Below, one piece after another: positions 34,729 through 46,399 of a stretch of DNA of 64,000 nucleotides; the first letter of the stretch is position 1; every line of letters starts with the position of its first letter. Source of the stretch: Cyanophora paradoxa CCMP329. Its lineage: Eukaryota > Plantae > Glaucophyta. The notes under the pieces are model-generated. The model made no database searches. It worked only from the letters and a program-made list of their open reading frames with translations, and had not been told where the DNA came from. The DNA is taken from assembly GCA_004431415.1 (NCBI GenBank), contig QPMI01000005.1:434001-498000 (forward strand). The letters are read 5' to 3'. The position numbers and the translations under genes were made by a program.

Positions 34729-35947
34729 ATGCAGCGCAGCGCTGACCACCGGCGCCCGTTCTCTCGCATCCGCCTTGCGGCAGCAGCGCTGCTCGGCCTC
34801 GCCATCTTCTCGACATGGACGCTCGGCGGCCACCTCGCCTACTTCCTGGCTTACTACGCCGGCGTGGGGGTTGTCCGGGATGATCCGCTCCCGGCGCCGG
34901 CGAGCTGCGCGGACTTGGAGGCGGCGGCCGCGGTTGCGGAGCGGGAGCTCTTTCCGCGCGATGTTCGCTCGCTCCTGGAGCTCGAGCTTCCGTTCGTCGT
35001 CGAGCCGGGCCCGTCGGGGGAACGGCAGGCCGTGGTGATGCAACTCCTGGCGGACGAGCGCGGCCGGGCGTACGCTGACGAGGCAGCGCTCGCGCTGCGA
35101 GCCCTCGCGCGGCGCTACTTCGGGCGAGAGGAGCTCGGCCGCCCGCGCCCGCCCGTCATCGTCTTCCACGACGGCGCCCTTGGGGCCGCCGCGGCAAGCG
35201 GCCTGCGGGCGGCTCTCGGCGGCGCCGCGCCCCTCCACCTCGTCGGCGTTGCGCGGGCGCTCGCGGAGCCGACCTTCCTGCGGCTCGTGGGCGAGGGCGG
35301 CTGGGCGCGCTGCGAGGGCCATGTCTACGGCGCGGCGTACCTCCACATGAACGTCTGGCGCATCTTCTACCAGTGGGAGGCCCTCGCCGCGCTCGGCGTG
35401 GACCGCGCCTGGTCCCTCGACTCCGACCTGTACGCGCGGCGGCCCCTCCCCTCGGACCCCCTGCGCGCCGCCCAGGAGGCGGGCCTCGACTACGCCTACT
35501 GGCGCATCACCTCCGACCCGGAGGCCTGCGTGCCCCTCCAGGCCGCGGAGCGCTTCTTCTCCTGCCGCCGACCCTCCTCCCTCTTCCGTCCCTCCAACAT
35601 GTACCCACTTGGCCTCATCCTCCCCCTTCGGCCCCCTAGAGTCCTCGTCTTCCAGGGTATGCGGTTCTGCCACTACCTTTCTTCGCCTGGACCTAATCGT
35701 GTACCCAGGGAACTTCCAAGTGGCGCGGGTGGGCCTGTTCCGGGGGCCTGCGTACCGCTCCTTTGCGGCCTTGGTGGGCTCCCTGGGGGGCATCCGGGCC
35801 CGCCGCTGGTCCGACCAGGCCCTCTTCTCCCTCTTCCTCGCGGGGGAAGGGGTCCGGGCCAACTTCTCCGACGCCGGCGAGGCCCTCTGCCACAAGTTCT
35901 GCGGCGCCCGCCCGGGCGACGAGGGCTTCCTCGACCCCGACAGCTAG
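34729..35947 (+). CDS. GT15 (KRE2/MNT1-like) alpha-1,2-mannosyltransferase, type II membrane; one intron 35601-35655
   Basis: N-terminal TM segment. PVIVFHD, YLHMNVWR, WSLDSD, PLPSDPL, YPGNFQVARVGLFRGPAY and GGIRARRWSDQAL parallel the GT15 motifs YRHMCRF, NFEI and GG...RWGDA. Confidence 0.75.
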
Positions 35948-36533
35948 CGCTTTTTTGACGGCCGTAGACATATAGTGCTAGCTATAGCTATAGCGAGCTG
36001 TAGCTTCGATGTGGCCTGGGTCGTCGACGTCTTTCGCACTCTGTCGGGGATTTGGTAGCCCCGAGCCGCGCTACGCAACCGCCGCGCCGCCGCGGCGCTG
36101 CCGCGACGCACACGTAGCGATTGATCTGCCCCCCGCCGCGCCGATCGCGAAGCCATGACTCGTTTAGTGATGTTCAAGGCCCTGCAGCCCCTAGCCTCAG
36201 GGCCTGCTCTCTCCGCGTACCAGCAAGCACACCAGCAGCGAGCTCAGCGCCGTAAATCAGGTTGAAAACAACAATCGCAATTCGCAGGGAGCAACCATGG
36301 TCAGGGACGAGAGGGGGGCAAATTTACAGGATGCGGGGAAGAGTAGGCTATGTAGTCTGTGTAGGTACAACCATATGAAACCCCAAGGCTAGCTAAAAGA
36401 ATATACGAGATCCCAGAAGGGCGCGCCCCGGCCTGGCATCAGGGCCGGGGCGCCGCCCTTGTGCGGGGAACGCGAAAGAGTGGTGATACATGGTACAGGT
36501 GGCGGCGAGGCCGCCGAAACGGAAGCCGCGAGG

Positions 36534-38649
36534 CTAGGCGACGACGGCGGCGTCGGTGTCGAGAGCGGCCGAGGCGGCGTGGAGGCTGGGCGAGCCCGGC
36601 AGGGTAGCGTTCTTCGCCGGCGCCGGCGGCAGCAGCGGCCGCGCGTTCTCTGCGCCCACCGAGCCCAGCCAGTCCATCCACGCCTGGACCTTGTCCGGGT
36701 CCTGCGAGAGCCCGCCCTGCGCCGAGGGGTCGGGCGAGGGCGCGGGGCGGGGGGGGGGGGAGCAGGATGCCGGACCTTGTAGAGGGCGTGCGAGGCGAAG
36801 CCGTACTCGGCGTGCTCGTGCATGCGGGCGGAGCGGAGCTGGACCTCGAGGAAGACGCCGGGCGCCAGCGCCACGGTCGTGTGCAGGCTCTGGTACCCGT
36901 TCGGCTTCGGCCTCGCCACGTAGTCCTTCGAGCGGCCCGGTACCGCCGGCCACAGGCTGTGCACGAGCTCCAGCGCCCGGTAGCAGGCGCGGGCCTCCTC
37001 CTCGGGGCCGCCCGGCGCCTCGAGCACGACGCGGAGGCCGAGGTAGTCGTGGTATGCGTAGCCCGGGTTGCGGACAAGCTTCTTGTAGGTGCTGTACATA
37101 TTCTTCGCCCGCGCCGAGATCATGTAGGCGGACGAATGGGAGCGGAATTCGTGGTCGGCCGAGAGGAGCTTGGTGATGCGCTCGCGGGCGTCGTCGAGGA
37201 GGGCCTGGTGGCAGTCCCACTCGCCGCGCACCCACGACTCGAGCTGCTGATACGACTCCGGGAAGAGCTCGCGGAAGGCCAGGTCTTCCAGCTCCCACAT
37301 CACGCGCCCGACGCCCAGCCCGTGCGCCAGCACCGACCACACCTGCGCCCGCCCCGCCGCGTCGGCGCCGGCGGCAAGCGGGATTTGGAGGGCACGGCCG
37401 GCAAGCAGACCTGCATGGTCTCGAGGGCAACGATCTGGCGCTCCCAGCTCGGCAGGCGCTTAAGCTCCCGCATCTCGTGCAGCCGCGTCGCCAGCTTCAG
37501 CATCATCGGACGCGGATCACGCGTGACGGCGAAGCACATCTCCCGCAGGAGCGCGCTCTTGCTGTCGTCCCATGACTCAACCATCGACGGCAACCGGCTA
37601 AGCGCGGCTTCGTCCTCCACGATAGCCCGCACGTTCTTGCCCAGCGTTTCCTCGATCTGCCACATGGAAAAGAACTGAGCGGAGAGCATCACGGAAGGTG
37701 GCAGGGCAGGGTGGACCTGGGCGCTGCTGACAAGGCCCCTCCGGTGCGCGTCTCGGACGACACATGCCGCGAGCGTTGGAGGATCCATACGCAGCGCCGC
37801 GAGTAACCGAATCGTGCTCAGCTGCGTGAAAAAGGGTTGACGGTGGCGGACGCGACGTGCGGGAGCAACCAAGCACCTCGTCCTCGAACACCTCGCTGAC
37901 ACGGATGAGGCTCACGCCCGCGACGCCTCTGCCTTCACACAGCCGCTGGGTATAGTTACTGTACACTAACCGGAAGGCCGACTCCAGCTGTGCACGAGGG
38001 TTGGTCGAGAAGAGGCGGGAAAGGGGGCGCAGGGCGGAGAAGGCGTACCAGGCCGACGTGCTCGCCGCCGAGGATGTCCAGTTCGGATTGCAGGCCGGAA
38101 CGAATGAATGGGACGATCTCATCGTCGGAGGGCACGATGAGGGCCTCGCAAATGTCGCACTCCTCGTCGTCCTCGTCGCACTCCTCGAACTCTAGTTGCT
38201 CGGGCACGTCTTGATCTATCCTAAAGCTCTTCAACGAATCCAGGTGCTGCTCGAAGGACAGCGTCTGGAGGCGCTTCATGTTCTGCGGCACGTGTGAGAT
38301 CGTGCTCGAGCCACGGGGCGGGGAGCGCCCTGCGGACCTTGAAGACCTCTTCCATGGTCGCTTTAAAAGCCTCCGGGGTAGGTGGCGGGGGCGGGGCGCG
38401 CCGCGGCCCACGGGAGATGCTGTGGCGAATCCGCGGACTTACTATCGAGCTGGAGGAGCTGGCGCCCCGCTGAGGGCCCGAAGGACTGCTGGAGAACCTC
38501 CTAACGATCTTCGGCGCCGTCCTGGGCGACGGCCGCACCATCGGCAGCGTCGGGGGCGGCGTAGTGCATGTCTCGCTTGTGGGCGACTCGACCCAGCGCC
38601 TGCTGCGCGCTCCTGGCGTCGGTGGAGACGCTGCGAAGGACGCCTCCAT
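36534..38649 (-). CDS. RSH: RelA/SpoT homologue, (p)ppGpp synthetase with degenerate HD domain and putative plastid transit peptide
   Basis: ELEDLAF, ARAKNMYSTYKKL, HDYLGLRVV, GRSKDYVARPKPNGYQSLHTTV and EVQLRSARMHEHAEYGFASHALYK. S/P/R-rich N-terminus starting MEASF. Stop 36534-36536. Confidence 0.9.
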
Positions 38650-38913
38650 CGTCGACTGCCGGCCGCGGGGCGCTAGGCCTTCTTATTGCCAATGACGATC
38701 TCACTACGTACCCCCCTGGCGCGTGTTGGCGCGTGTCGGCCATCTGCCGGGCCAGTGCCGGCGCTTGTTCGGTGATCATAGCTATAGCTTGCTAGTTTTA
38801 TCAAGAGCGCTCGAGCTCGGCGTTGACAGTGTGAGCTCGATCCGGCGCCTCGAAGCTTGAGAATTCGATGGCGGCAAACTTGGGCCGAAGCCCGGGATAC
38901 AGGTCTGTTGCCC

Positions 38914-40879
38914 ATGGGAGCGCGGGCGGTCGTCGGGGCGCTCTCAGCGCTGCTGCTTTCTCTCTTTGCGGCACGGACGGCGCTTCCGGATGCGGTGCAG
39001 GCGGAGTTCTTCGAGCGGCTATCGCGGGCCGTCGGCAGGGAGCCTGTGGGCGAGCTGGCGGTCGACGCGCAGCGTCTGATGCGCGCAATCGAGGAGCTGT
39101 CGGCGATCGGCCTCGGCGAGGACGGCGGCGTGACCCGGGTCGCGTACAGCGACGAGGACCTGTCAGCGCGGCAACGGCTGCAGGGCTGGATGCACGAGCT
39201 GGGGTGCGTTGCGGGGCGCCTCCGCGGGCGCGCGGGCCTCACGAGCCTCGTACAGAATGGTGGTCTCGGTGGACGACGCCGGCAACATCATCGGGCGCTG
39301 GCATGGCTTGAACGGGACGACCGTCGGCCCCGCCATCGCGCTCGGCTCGCACGCGGACACGGTGCCCTCGGGCGGGCGCTACGACGGGGCGCTCGGCGTC
39401 CTCGCGGGGCTCGAGGTCGTGCGCGCGCTCCAGAAGCGCGGCCAGACGCTCCGCCACCCCGTCGAGGTCATCGTCTTTAACGGTGCCCTCTATCCCGGCG
39501 CCGCCCGCGGCGCGGCGCTCCGCGCGGAGGGGCAGGCGCGGCGCTGAGGCCGCGCAGACGAAGAGTCGACGATGCTGGGGAGCAAGGCGATGGCGGGCCT
39601 GGTGGACCCGCGCTTCCCCGAGCTGTACCGCAGCATGATCGCCTCCTCGTGCACGGACATGGTCTCCTGCCTCAAGCGCCTGGGCGGCAGCTGGCCGGGC
39701 GTGCAGCAGGCGAAGCGCGGGCGGGCGCAACTCGCCGCCTTCGTCGAGCTGCACGTGGAGCAGGGCCCCGTGCTGGAGGCGGCCGGCGCCCCCGTCGGCG
39801 TCGTCACCGGCATCGTCCACACCAGCCGCTTCCTCGTGCCCGCCCCGCCCCGCACCCCGCCTCGCGGCCCCGCTCAGGGCCGGACCGCCAGGTGCGCCTG
39901 CGCGGGCGGGCGGACCACGCTGGGACAACCCCGATGGGCCTACGGGCCGACGCCCTCGCCGTGGCCGCCGAGATCGTCCTCGCCGTCGAACAGGTACGCC
40001 CCTCCCCGGGCCAGCGGCGGCCCTCGTACCCGTCTCTCGCTGAAAGCGCCTTTCAGGTCGGGCGGGAGGGGCCCGTCGGCCTCCCCGGCTCGGACCAGGC
40101 CCGCCCGCACCCCGCCCCGCCACCTCGCAACGAGCGGCGAACAATCGCCGCGCAGGTCGCGACTGTGGGCGCCCTTCGCGTATCCCCGAACGCGACCAAT
40201 GTCGTACCGGGAGCCTGCGACCTCACTATCGACGTCCGCGCCTCCCCCGGCCGAGCCGCTCTTTGAGTGACCGCCAGCCGAGCCGCCGCCGGCCGCAGCT
40301 CCGGGACCTGGACGAGAAGCGCGTCAAGGCCATGGCGTCGGATGTCGAGCGGCGGGCGCGCGAGGCCGCCGCCCGCCGCGGCGTCTCCGTCACCTTCGAG
40401 CTCATCTCTACCCAGGCGAGCCCCCCCCCCCCCCCCCCCAGCACCACCTCCACCCTCTCGCCGTACCCAGCGCGACGTACGCCTCGGCAGCGGGGCGTCG
40501 CGGCGGACAAGCGGGTGGTCAACGCGACGCTCGCAGCCTGCCGCGCGCGCCGCGTCGCCTGCGAGCCCCTCCCGAGCCGCGCCGGCCACGACGCGCAGGT
40601 GCGCCTCCGATCTTGCACCGCCCTCCCTTGGCTCACCCCCCTCCCGCAGAACATCGGGCAGATCCCCTGCGTCCCGACGGGCATGGTGTTCGTCCGCTCG
40701 ACGGGCGGCGCCTCCCACTCCCCCCGCGAGCACAGGCGCTCACCCCCCCCCCAAACTTCTCGTACCCCCAGCGCGGCTGAGGCGGGCGCAGTTCGGAGGC
40801 GGACATCCGGGACGCGGCGAACGTTCTTCTCTCCACCGTCCTGCTCCTCGACGAGGCCCTTTCCATCCCCGCCGCGTAG
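38914..40879 (+). CDS. M20 Zn-dependent amidohydrolase (allantoate amidohydrolase / N-carbamoyl-L-amino-acid hydrolase family) with signal peptide
   Basis: GSHADTVPSGGRYDGALGV, FNDEESTMLGS, FVELHVEQGPVL, DHAGTTPM, PNATNVVPG, SRAGHDAQ and GASHSPRE. Confidence 0.9.
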
Positions 40880-41219
40880 CCAGCCGGCCGGGATGGCGCG
40901 GCGGTCGGCCGGCATCACATGCGCGGGCCGCCTCATAGCTAGTGCTCTAGGACTAGGCGTCCATAGTGAAGGACGGAAACGTGAGCGCAGGGTGGGACGG
41001 AAGCGGGGCTGCGCCCGCTGCGGGGCCCGCCGAACTCCAGCTCCTGCCCGTCACCTGAAGCTCAGCGCGCGGCTTAGGGGCACCGCCAAGCGAGCGGCCT
41101 ACAGCGCCTACCGACCGCCGAGGACGGAAAAGGATTTCGAATTGAGTGCAGGGAGATGGGTTCCTATACACCTACTGCGCGACCTGCCTAGAGCTATTCT
41201 GCGGCCTGCAGGCTGCCAG

Positions 41220-41767
41220 TCATACTGCGCACGGCGCGTCAGCGGACGCGCGGCGTGCGGCGCGGCGGGCGGGGTGCGCACCCTTAAATAACAAGACCGC
41301 GACGTTACCGCCGAAGTACAGATAGATCATGTTTGAGACCTCGTATGTGACGTCGAAGCCGTAGCCCTCGCCAACTACGCAGTGCCATGTCGGGCCGTAC
41401 TTCTTGTCCATCAGTTCTTTCACCATCCTTGCTGCTTGCTGCGGGCGTGCCGTCGCGTCAGGTAACGCTGGGTCGGGCATAACCCCGCCGCGTGTTGTGG
41501 CGCTGCTCACCTCGTAGTTGTGCGGGAACTTCTCCAGCGCTGTTACGATCGTTTCGCTTGCCTCCGCCTTGACTTCTAAGTTCATATCCACGCTCTGCGG
41601 GAAAGTGTTGGTGGGCGGGTCGGGCGTGGCGGGCGAACGGCCCGCATATCGACGGTAGCTAGCCAGACCTTTGTGAGCGCGTAGTTCATGGACTTTCGGG
41701 GGTCTTCCTGCTCTTTGGGCGCCGCACCGCCCGCGCCCGCCACTTTCTCATCTTTCTTGTCCGCCAT
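41220..41767 (-). CDS. DNAL4: Dynein axonemal light chain 4 (LC10, LC8 family)
   Basis: DMNLEVKAEASETIVTALEKFPHNYE|QAARMVKELMDKKYGPTWHCVVGEGYGFDVTYEVSNMIYLYFGGNVAVLLFK. Three introns; the last exon holds only 5 coding nt (TA TGA). Confidence 0.9.
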
Positions 41768-41904
41768 GCTGTGCACTAACACGTCCCGCGCCCGCTCCTC
41801 CCGCCTTCCGTGCCGCTGCTTCGAGCTATTCGGGTTTGCTGCGCTGCGCCTGTAGCCCCTCTTGATTCTTTCCCCCGGCTCTTTTTTTATTGCTTCGTCG
41901 GACG

Positions 41905-43184
41905 ATGTCGAAGCGCGGCAAGATCATTGCGCTGTTCGACATCGATGGCACGCTCACCAAGCCCCGAAACGTGCGCTTACCGCCACGCCCGTATTGTCAG
42001 CGCGTCGCCCGACCTCCCCCGCAGGCCATCACGCCAGAGATGAAGGCGTTCATGCAGGAGCTACGCAAGCACATAACCGTTGGCATTGTCGGCGGCTCCG
42101 ACCACGCGAAGCAGCACGAGCAGCTCGGCAGTTCAGGTGCTCGGCAGCACCCTGCGCCGCTGCCGCCCCCTCGACTGCCCGCACGCGGGGGCCTCGCGTG
42201 TGACGTGCAGCTGAGTACTCGGCGCCGCCTCCCCGCACAGTGGTGAACGACTACGACTTCGCGTTCGCCGAGAATGGGCTCGTCGGCTTTAAGGACGGCA
42301 AGCAGTTCCACGTGAAGGCGAGCTTTCGTATATACGGCGGTCGCGCGTCGGATCCTGAGCCCAGGGCCGGGCGCGCAGAGCCTGCGGGAGCACTTCAAGG
42401 AGGAGCAGCTGCAGGACTTCATTAACTGGACGCTGCGCTACGTTGCGGACCTCAACATCCCCGTGAAGCGGTGCGGCGCGCCCGGCGGCCCCCTCCGCCG
42501 CCCGCCCGCGCGCTGTGCGCCCGACCAGCTGCCGCCGCGCCTCATGCGCAGTGGCACGTTCATCGAGTTCCGCAACGGCCTCATCAACGTTTCGCCCATC
42601 GGCCGCAACTGCAATCAGGAAGAGCGCGATGCCTTCGAGAAGTACGACGAGGTCCGCCGCCCCCCGCGCCGCAGTTTTGGGGGTACATGGATCCGGCGCT
42701 CCTGGGTACAGGTGCACGGCGTGCGCGCGGCGATGGTCGGCAAGATGAAGGAGCGCTTCGCCTCCATGGACCTTACTTTCTCCGTCGGGTGCGCGCATCT
42801 TTACTTGGACCCGTACGCTGGACCCGATTCTCATACCCCTCTCCCTCGCAGCGGCCAGATCTCCTTCGACGTGTTCCCCCGGGGGTGGGACAAGACGTAC
42901 TGCCTCCAGTTCGTCAAGGACCAGTTCGAGGAGGTGCGTCTGTACCCCCTGTTTTCTTTCTTGGCCCGACGTGATCGCCCCTCCCCAAGGTCCACTTCTT
43001 TGGCGATAAGACGTCCCCCGTGCGCCCCGCGACGCGCTTGTAAGGCCTGCCATAGCCCAGGCTGAGGCGGCCCCCGCAGGGCGGCAACGACTACGAGATC
43101 TTCTCATCGCCGCTCACGATCGGGCACACGGTCAAGGGGCCGGAGGACACGATGGAGCAGTGCAAGAAGCTCTTTCTCAGCTAG
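41905..43184 (+). CDS. PMM: Eukaryotic phosphomannomutase (HAD family, PMM2/SEC53)
   Basis: [59 protein letters not shown] and [17 protein letters not shown]. Eight introns. Confidence 0.97.
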
Positions 43185-43238
43185 GCGCTAGGTAGGGGAT
43201 ACTGGAGTGAACTCGCACCGGAGTAGGGCGGGGGGGCG

Positions 43239-46056
43239 CTACGAGAGGAGGTCGGGGCGGGGGGCGGGGCCGGAGGAGGCGCGCGGGGGGTGGGGTCCCT
43301 TTGAGGGGCTAGAGTAGAGGGCGTCGGGCTCTGATGAGACGCCGAGGGTCTCCCGCACGAAGGTGAGGAGGTGCGCGTAGGCCGGCGAGGCGCGCGCCGT
43401 GATGCGGCACACCCCCAGGTGCTCCTCGTCGATCGCCGAGTTGACGTTGAAGGGCGCCACGAAGCCGTCGCCGCAGAGGGGGCGGTCGAGGCCCGGCGGG
43501 GCGCGCACTGCGCGGAGGCAGAGGGTCTCGAAGGGCTTCTCGGGGCGGCTAGCGATGGCCCCCACGAAGTCCTCCTGCAGCGTTGCAAGCGCCGGCCGCC
43601 CCCGCCGCGCCCCCGCGCTTGACGCCGGCGCCAGGCGCGGCGTTGCCGCCGGCTCCGGGGACGGAGTGCGGGGCGAGGGCGGAAGTGGTGAGCCGGCGGC
43701 CCCGCGGAGCGCGCCGGGGGAGGGCGGGGAGGGGTACTCGTCGTCCTCCAGGCCGGGGATGAGGACGGAGCGGGCGACGGAGGGGGCGAGGGCGGCGGCG
43801 GAGGGCGGAAGGGGCGGGCTCTCGGGGGCGCTCGGAGGGGTGTCTCCCAGCGAGAGCAGGCGGATGGGGCGCGGGGACGGGGAGGAAGGCACGCCGGGGG
43901 CGGCGGGGCGGGGCCTCGACGGGGCGGGGCCGGGGCGGGGCGGGGAGCGGGGGGAGGGCGGGCCCTCGGCGAAGAGCGGCGCGGCGTGCTCGACGGCGCG
44001 CTGCGCGGCCGGGCAGCCGCGGGTGATGTAGCCCACCAGCCGCGGCAGGTCGCCCGGCGCGTGCGGCACCGACGCGAAGACAATGCCCTGGGGGCCCCCG
44101 TGAGGGGAGGGCGCTGGGCCAGCAGGGGCGGGGGCGCGGGCGGGGCCCGGCTCGGACCTGGAGGCACTTAAAGAAGCGGCGGAAGCGGTCGTCCTCGGCG
44201 GCGACGACGTACATCGCCTTGGCGAGCACGCCCCCGAAGGAGTACGAGAAGATGACGAAGGGGCGGGCCCCGACGCCGGCGACCTCGAGCCGCAGCAGCA
44301 GCTTGCGGGCCCGGTCCTCGAGCTCCCCGCGCGAGGCCCCCGCCGAGAGGGCCGAGAAGGGGCACGGCGGCGGCTGCAGCGCCACGATGCGCACCGACGG
44401 GCCCAGGTCGGGCGCCAGGATCGCCGTCGGCCAGAACTCCCGGAAGCGGCTGCGCGCGGCGCGCGAGAGGCGCGTGAGGCGCGTGGGCGGGGGCAGGGCG
44501 CGAGGGAGGGCTGGGAGGGCGGGGGGGCGGGCGGGCGGGGCACCTGGTGAAGGTGTGCAGGACGTCGCCCTCGATGCCCGGCAGCAGGACGACGTCGGCC
44601 ATGGGCGGCGGGGCCCCCGCCCCGGGCACCGTCTCGCCATGCTCGTACGTCCCCGCGTCCGCCTGCGCCCCCGCCCGGCCCCCTCAGGCCTGCCCGGCGA
44701 CCTCGCGCGGCGCGGGGCGGCGGGGCGGGGCGGGGTGGCGGACCCTTGCGCGGAGGCGCCCGGGGGCAAGGGTGAGGGGGTGCTTGCGGACGAACGGGTC
44801 CGTGAGGAGGGTGAAGATGAGCGACACCGCGAACTCCAGCGTCCGCCGGCACCCGTCCCTGCCGCCCCGCCCCGAACGTCGTGAGCCGCGCCGCCGGCCC
44901 GAGGCGCGTCAGGAAGGACTGGCGGGCGGGGCTCACCGGAAATCGGGCTCGGAGAGGCGGTCCTCGGCGCATGGGTGCAGCCGCGCGGCGCGCGCGACGA
45001 ACATCGAGAGGTGCTCCAGCGCCGCCCGCACCTGCGCCGGGCGTCGCAACGGGCGGCCGGCGCCGAGGCAAGGCGAGGCGGCGCGGGGCGGGGCGGGGCG
45101 GAGCGGGGCGGGGCGGGGCGGACCTGCTCGAGGCCGGCGAGGCGCTTCATGTTGCGCTGCCATGCGAGGCCCGAGAGCGTGGCCGACGCGATAGTCGTCG
45201 CCACGTTGCCGGCCTCGCTCAGCCGCGACCCGATCGTCGAGATCGTCTTGTCGCCGCCGTACAGCACCAGCCGCAGCGTCATCGTCCCCGCCGCCGAGCA
45301 GCTCTGCGCCTGGGGCCCGCTGACGCGGGGCATCGACGGCGGCGGCGAGGGCGGCGCCTCGCTGCGCCGCGCCTCGTCCAGCGTCGTCCGCGCCGCGCTC
45401 GCGACGACGCGCATGAGGGAGCGCGAGGTACGCGAGCCCTCGTCCTCGCTGATGAGCTTCTCGACGCTCTCGACGACGAACTCGCACTGCTCCGCGAGGC
45501 TGCCCTTCCAGCACGCCCACGCGCCCCGCAGGCCCTCCTCGCTCACGCGCTCCCGCTCGAAGTCGCGGAAGGTGTTCAGCATGCTCTCCGCCCCGATGCG
45601 GATCCGCTCGCTGGACCAGAGCAGCGGCTGCATTTCCAGCGCCAGCGCGTCCGTATCCCGCAGCGACGCGGCGTCGAGGACCGTGCGGAGCAGCATCGTC
45701 GCGCTGACAGTCGCCGCCACGCAGGACCACGGCTCCTCGAGCAGGCACTCGGCCACGTCCGAGGCCATCTTAATCACGCCGGGCGCATCCAGGCAGTCGA
45801 TCTGCGGGGCGGCCGTGCGGGCGGAGTCAGTCGCGCGATGCGCTGCAGTTTCACGCCGCGAGTTTCCACCGCCGACCTTCACGGACACGGCCTTGCTCTT
45901 GTCCTCCGCGCCGCTGAAATCCAGAAACTGGAAGTCGAGGTTCTCGGCCTCGTCTCGAAGCAGATCCAAGGTGTCTTGCGCGTCTAGGATGTAGCTGCTG
46001 ATGGGGTTCGAGCTGCTGACGAACGGGCTGGGCCCGCCGACCGTCGGGCCCGCCAT
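43239..46056 (-). CDS. SERAC1/SesB-like alpha/beta-hydrolase with an unrecognised helical N-terminal region
   Basis: ADVVLLPGIEGD, FWPTAILAPDLGPSVRI, DRARKLLLRLEVAGVGARPFVIFSYSFGGVLAK, GIVFASVPH and EEHLGVCR. ATG 46056, stop 43239-43241. Confidence 0.7.
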
Positions 46057-46399
46057 CTCGGTTCGGCTCAGACAGGCGCGGCAGCGGCAGGGGCGCGAGC
46101 GGAGCCGCAAATCTGTTTTTGCCGCGATACTGAGAGGCGAGTTCGACGCGTGTGGTGGCCGCGCGGCCGCTGCAGGGCTGTGCGGATTTTGAACGTCGGC
46201 GCCGGGCGGTCTGGCGGTGGCTATCGGCTAGAAAAGCGCCGCCGATCGTTTCTGCGTCGAAGGCTCCACGACTCGGAAGGCCACGAAGCCCAGCGCTCGA
46301 ACCGGCTAACAAGTTGACCTGGGTACCGTGCACTTCGTTCGCTGCGGCGTCACCGTCGCGGTCGTCCATGGTTCGCTAAAGGGCTTCGAAATCTATGTC

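Noticed and set aside
41220-41222. TGA read-through or selenocysteine in DNAL4 or other genes
   Set aside because: Stops fall at the expected family C-termini. No in-frame TGA was needed in any gene model.
41818-41827. Chlamydomonas tub-box-like GCTCGAAGC upstream of DNAL4
   Set aside because: Single partial match, with no convincing counterpart upstream of the heavy chain.
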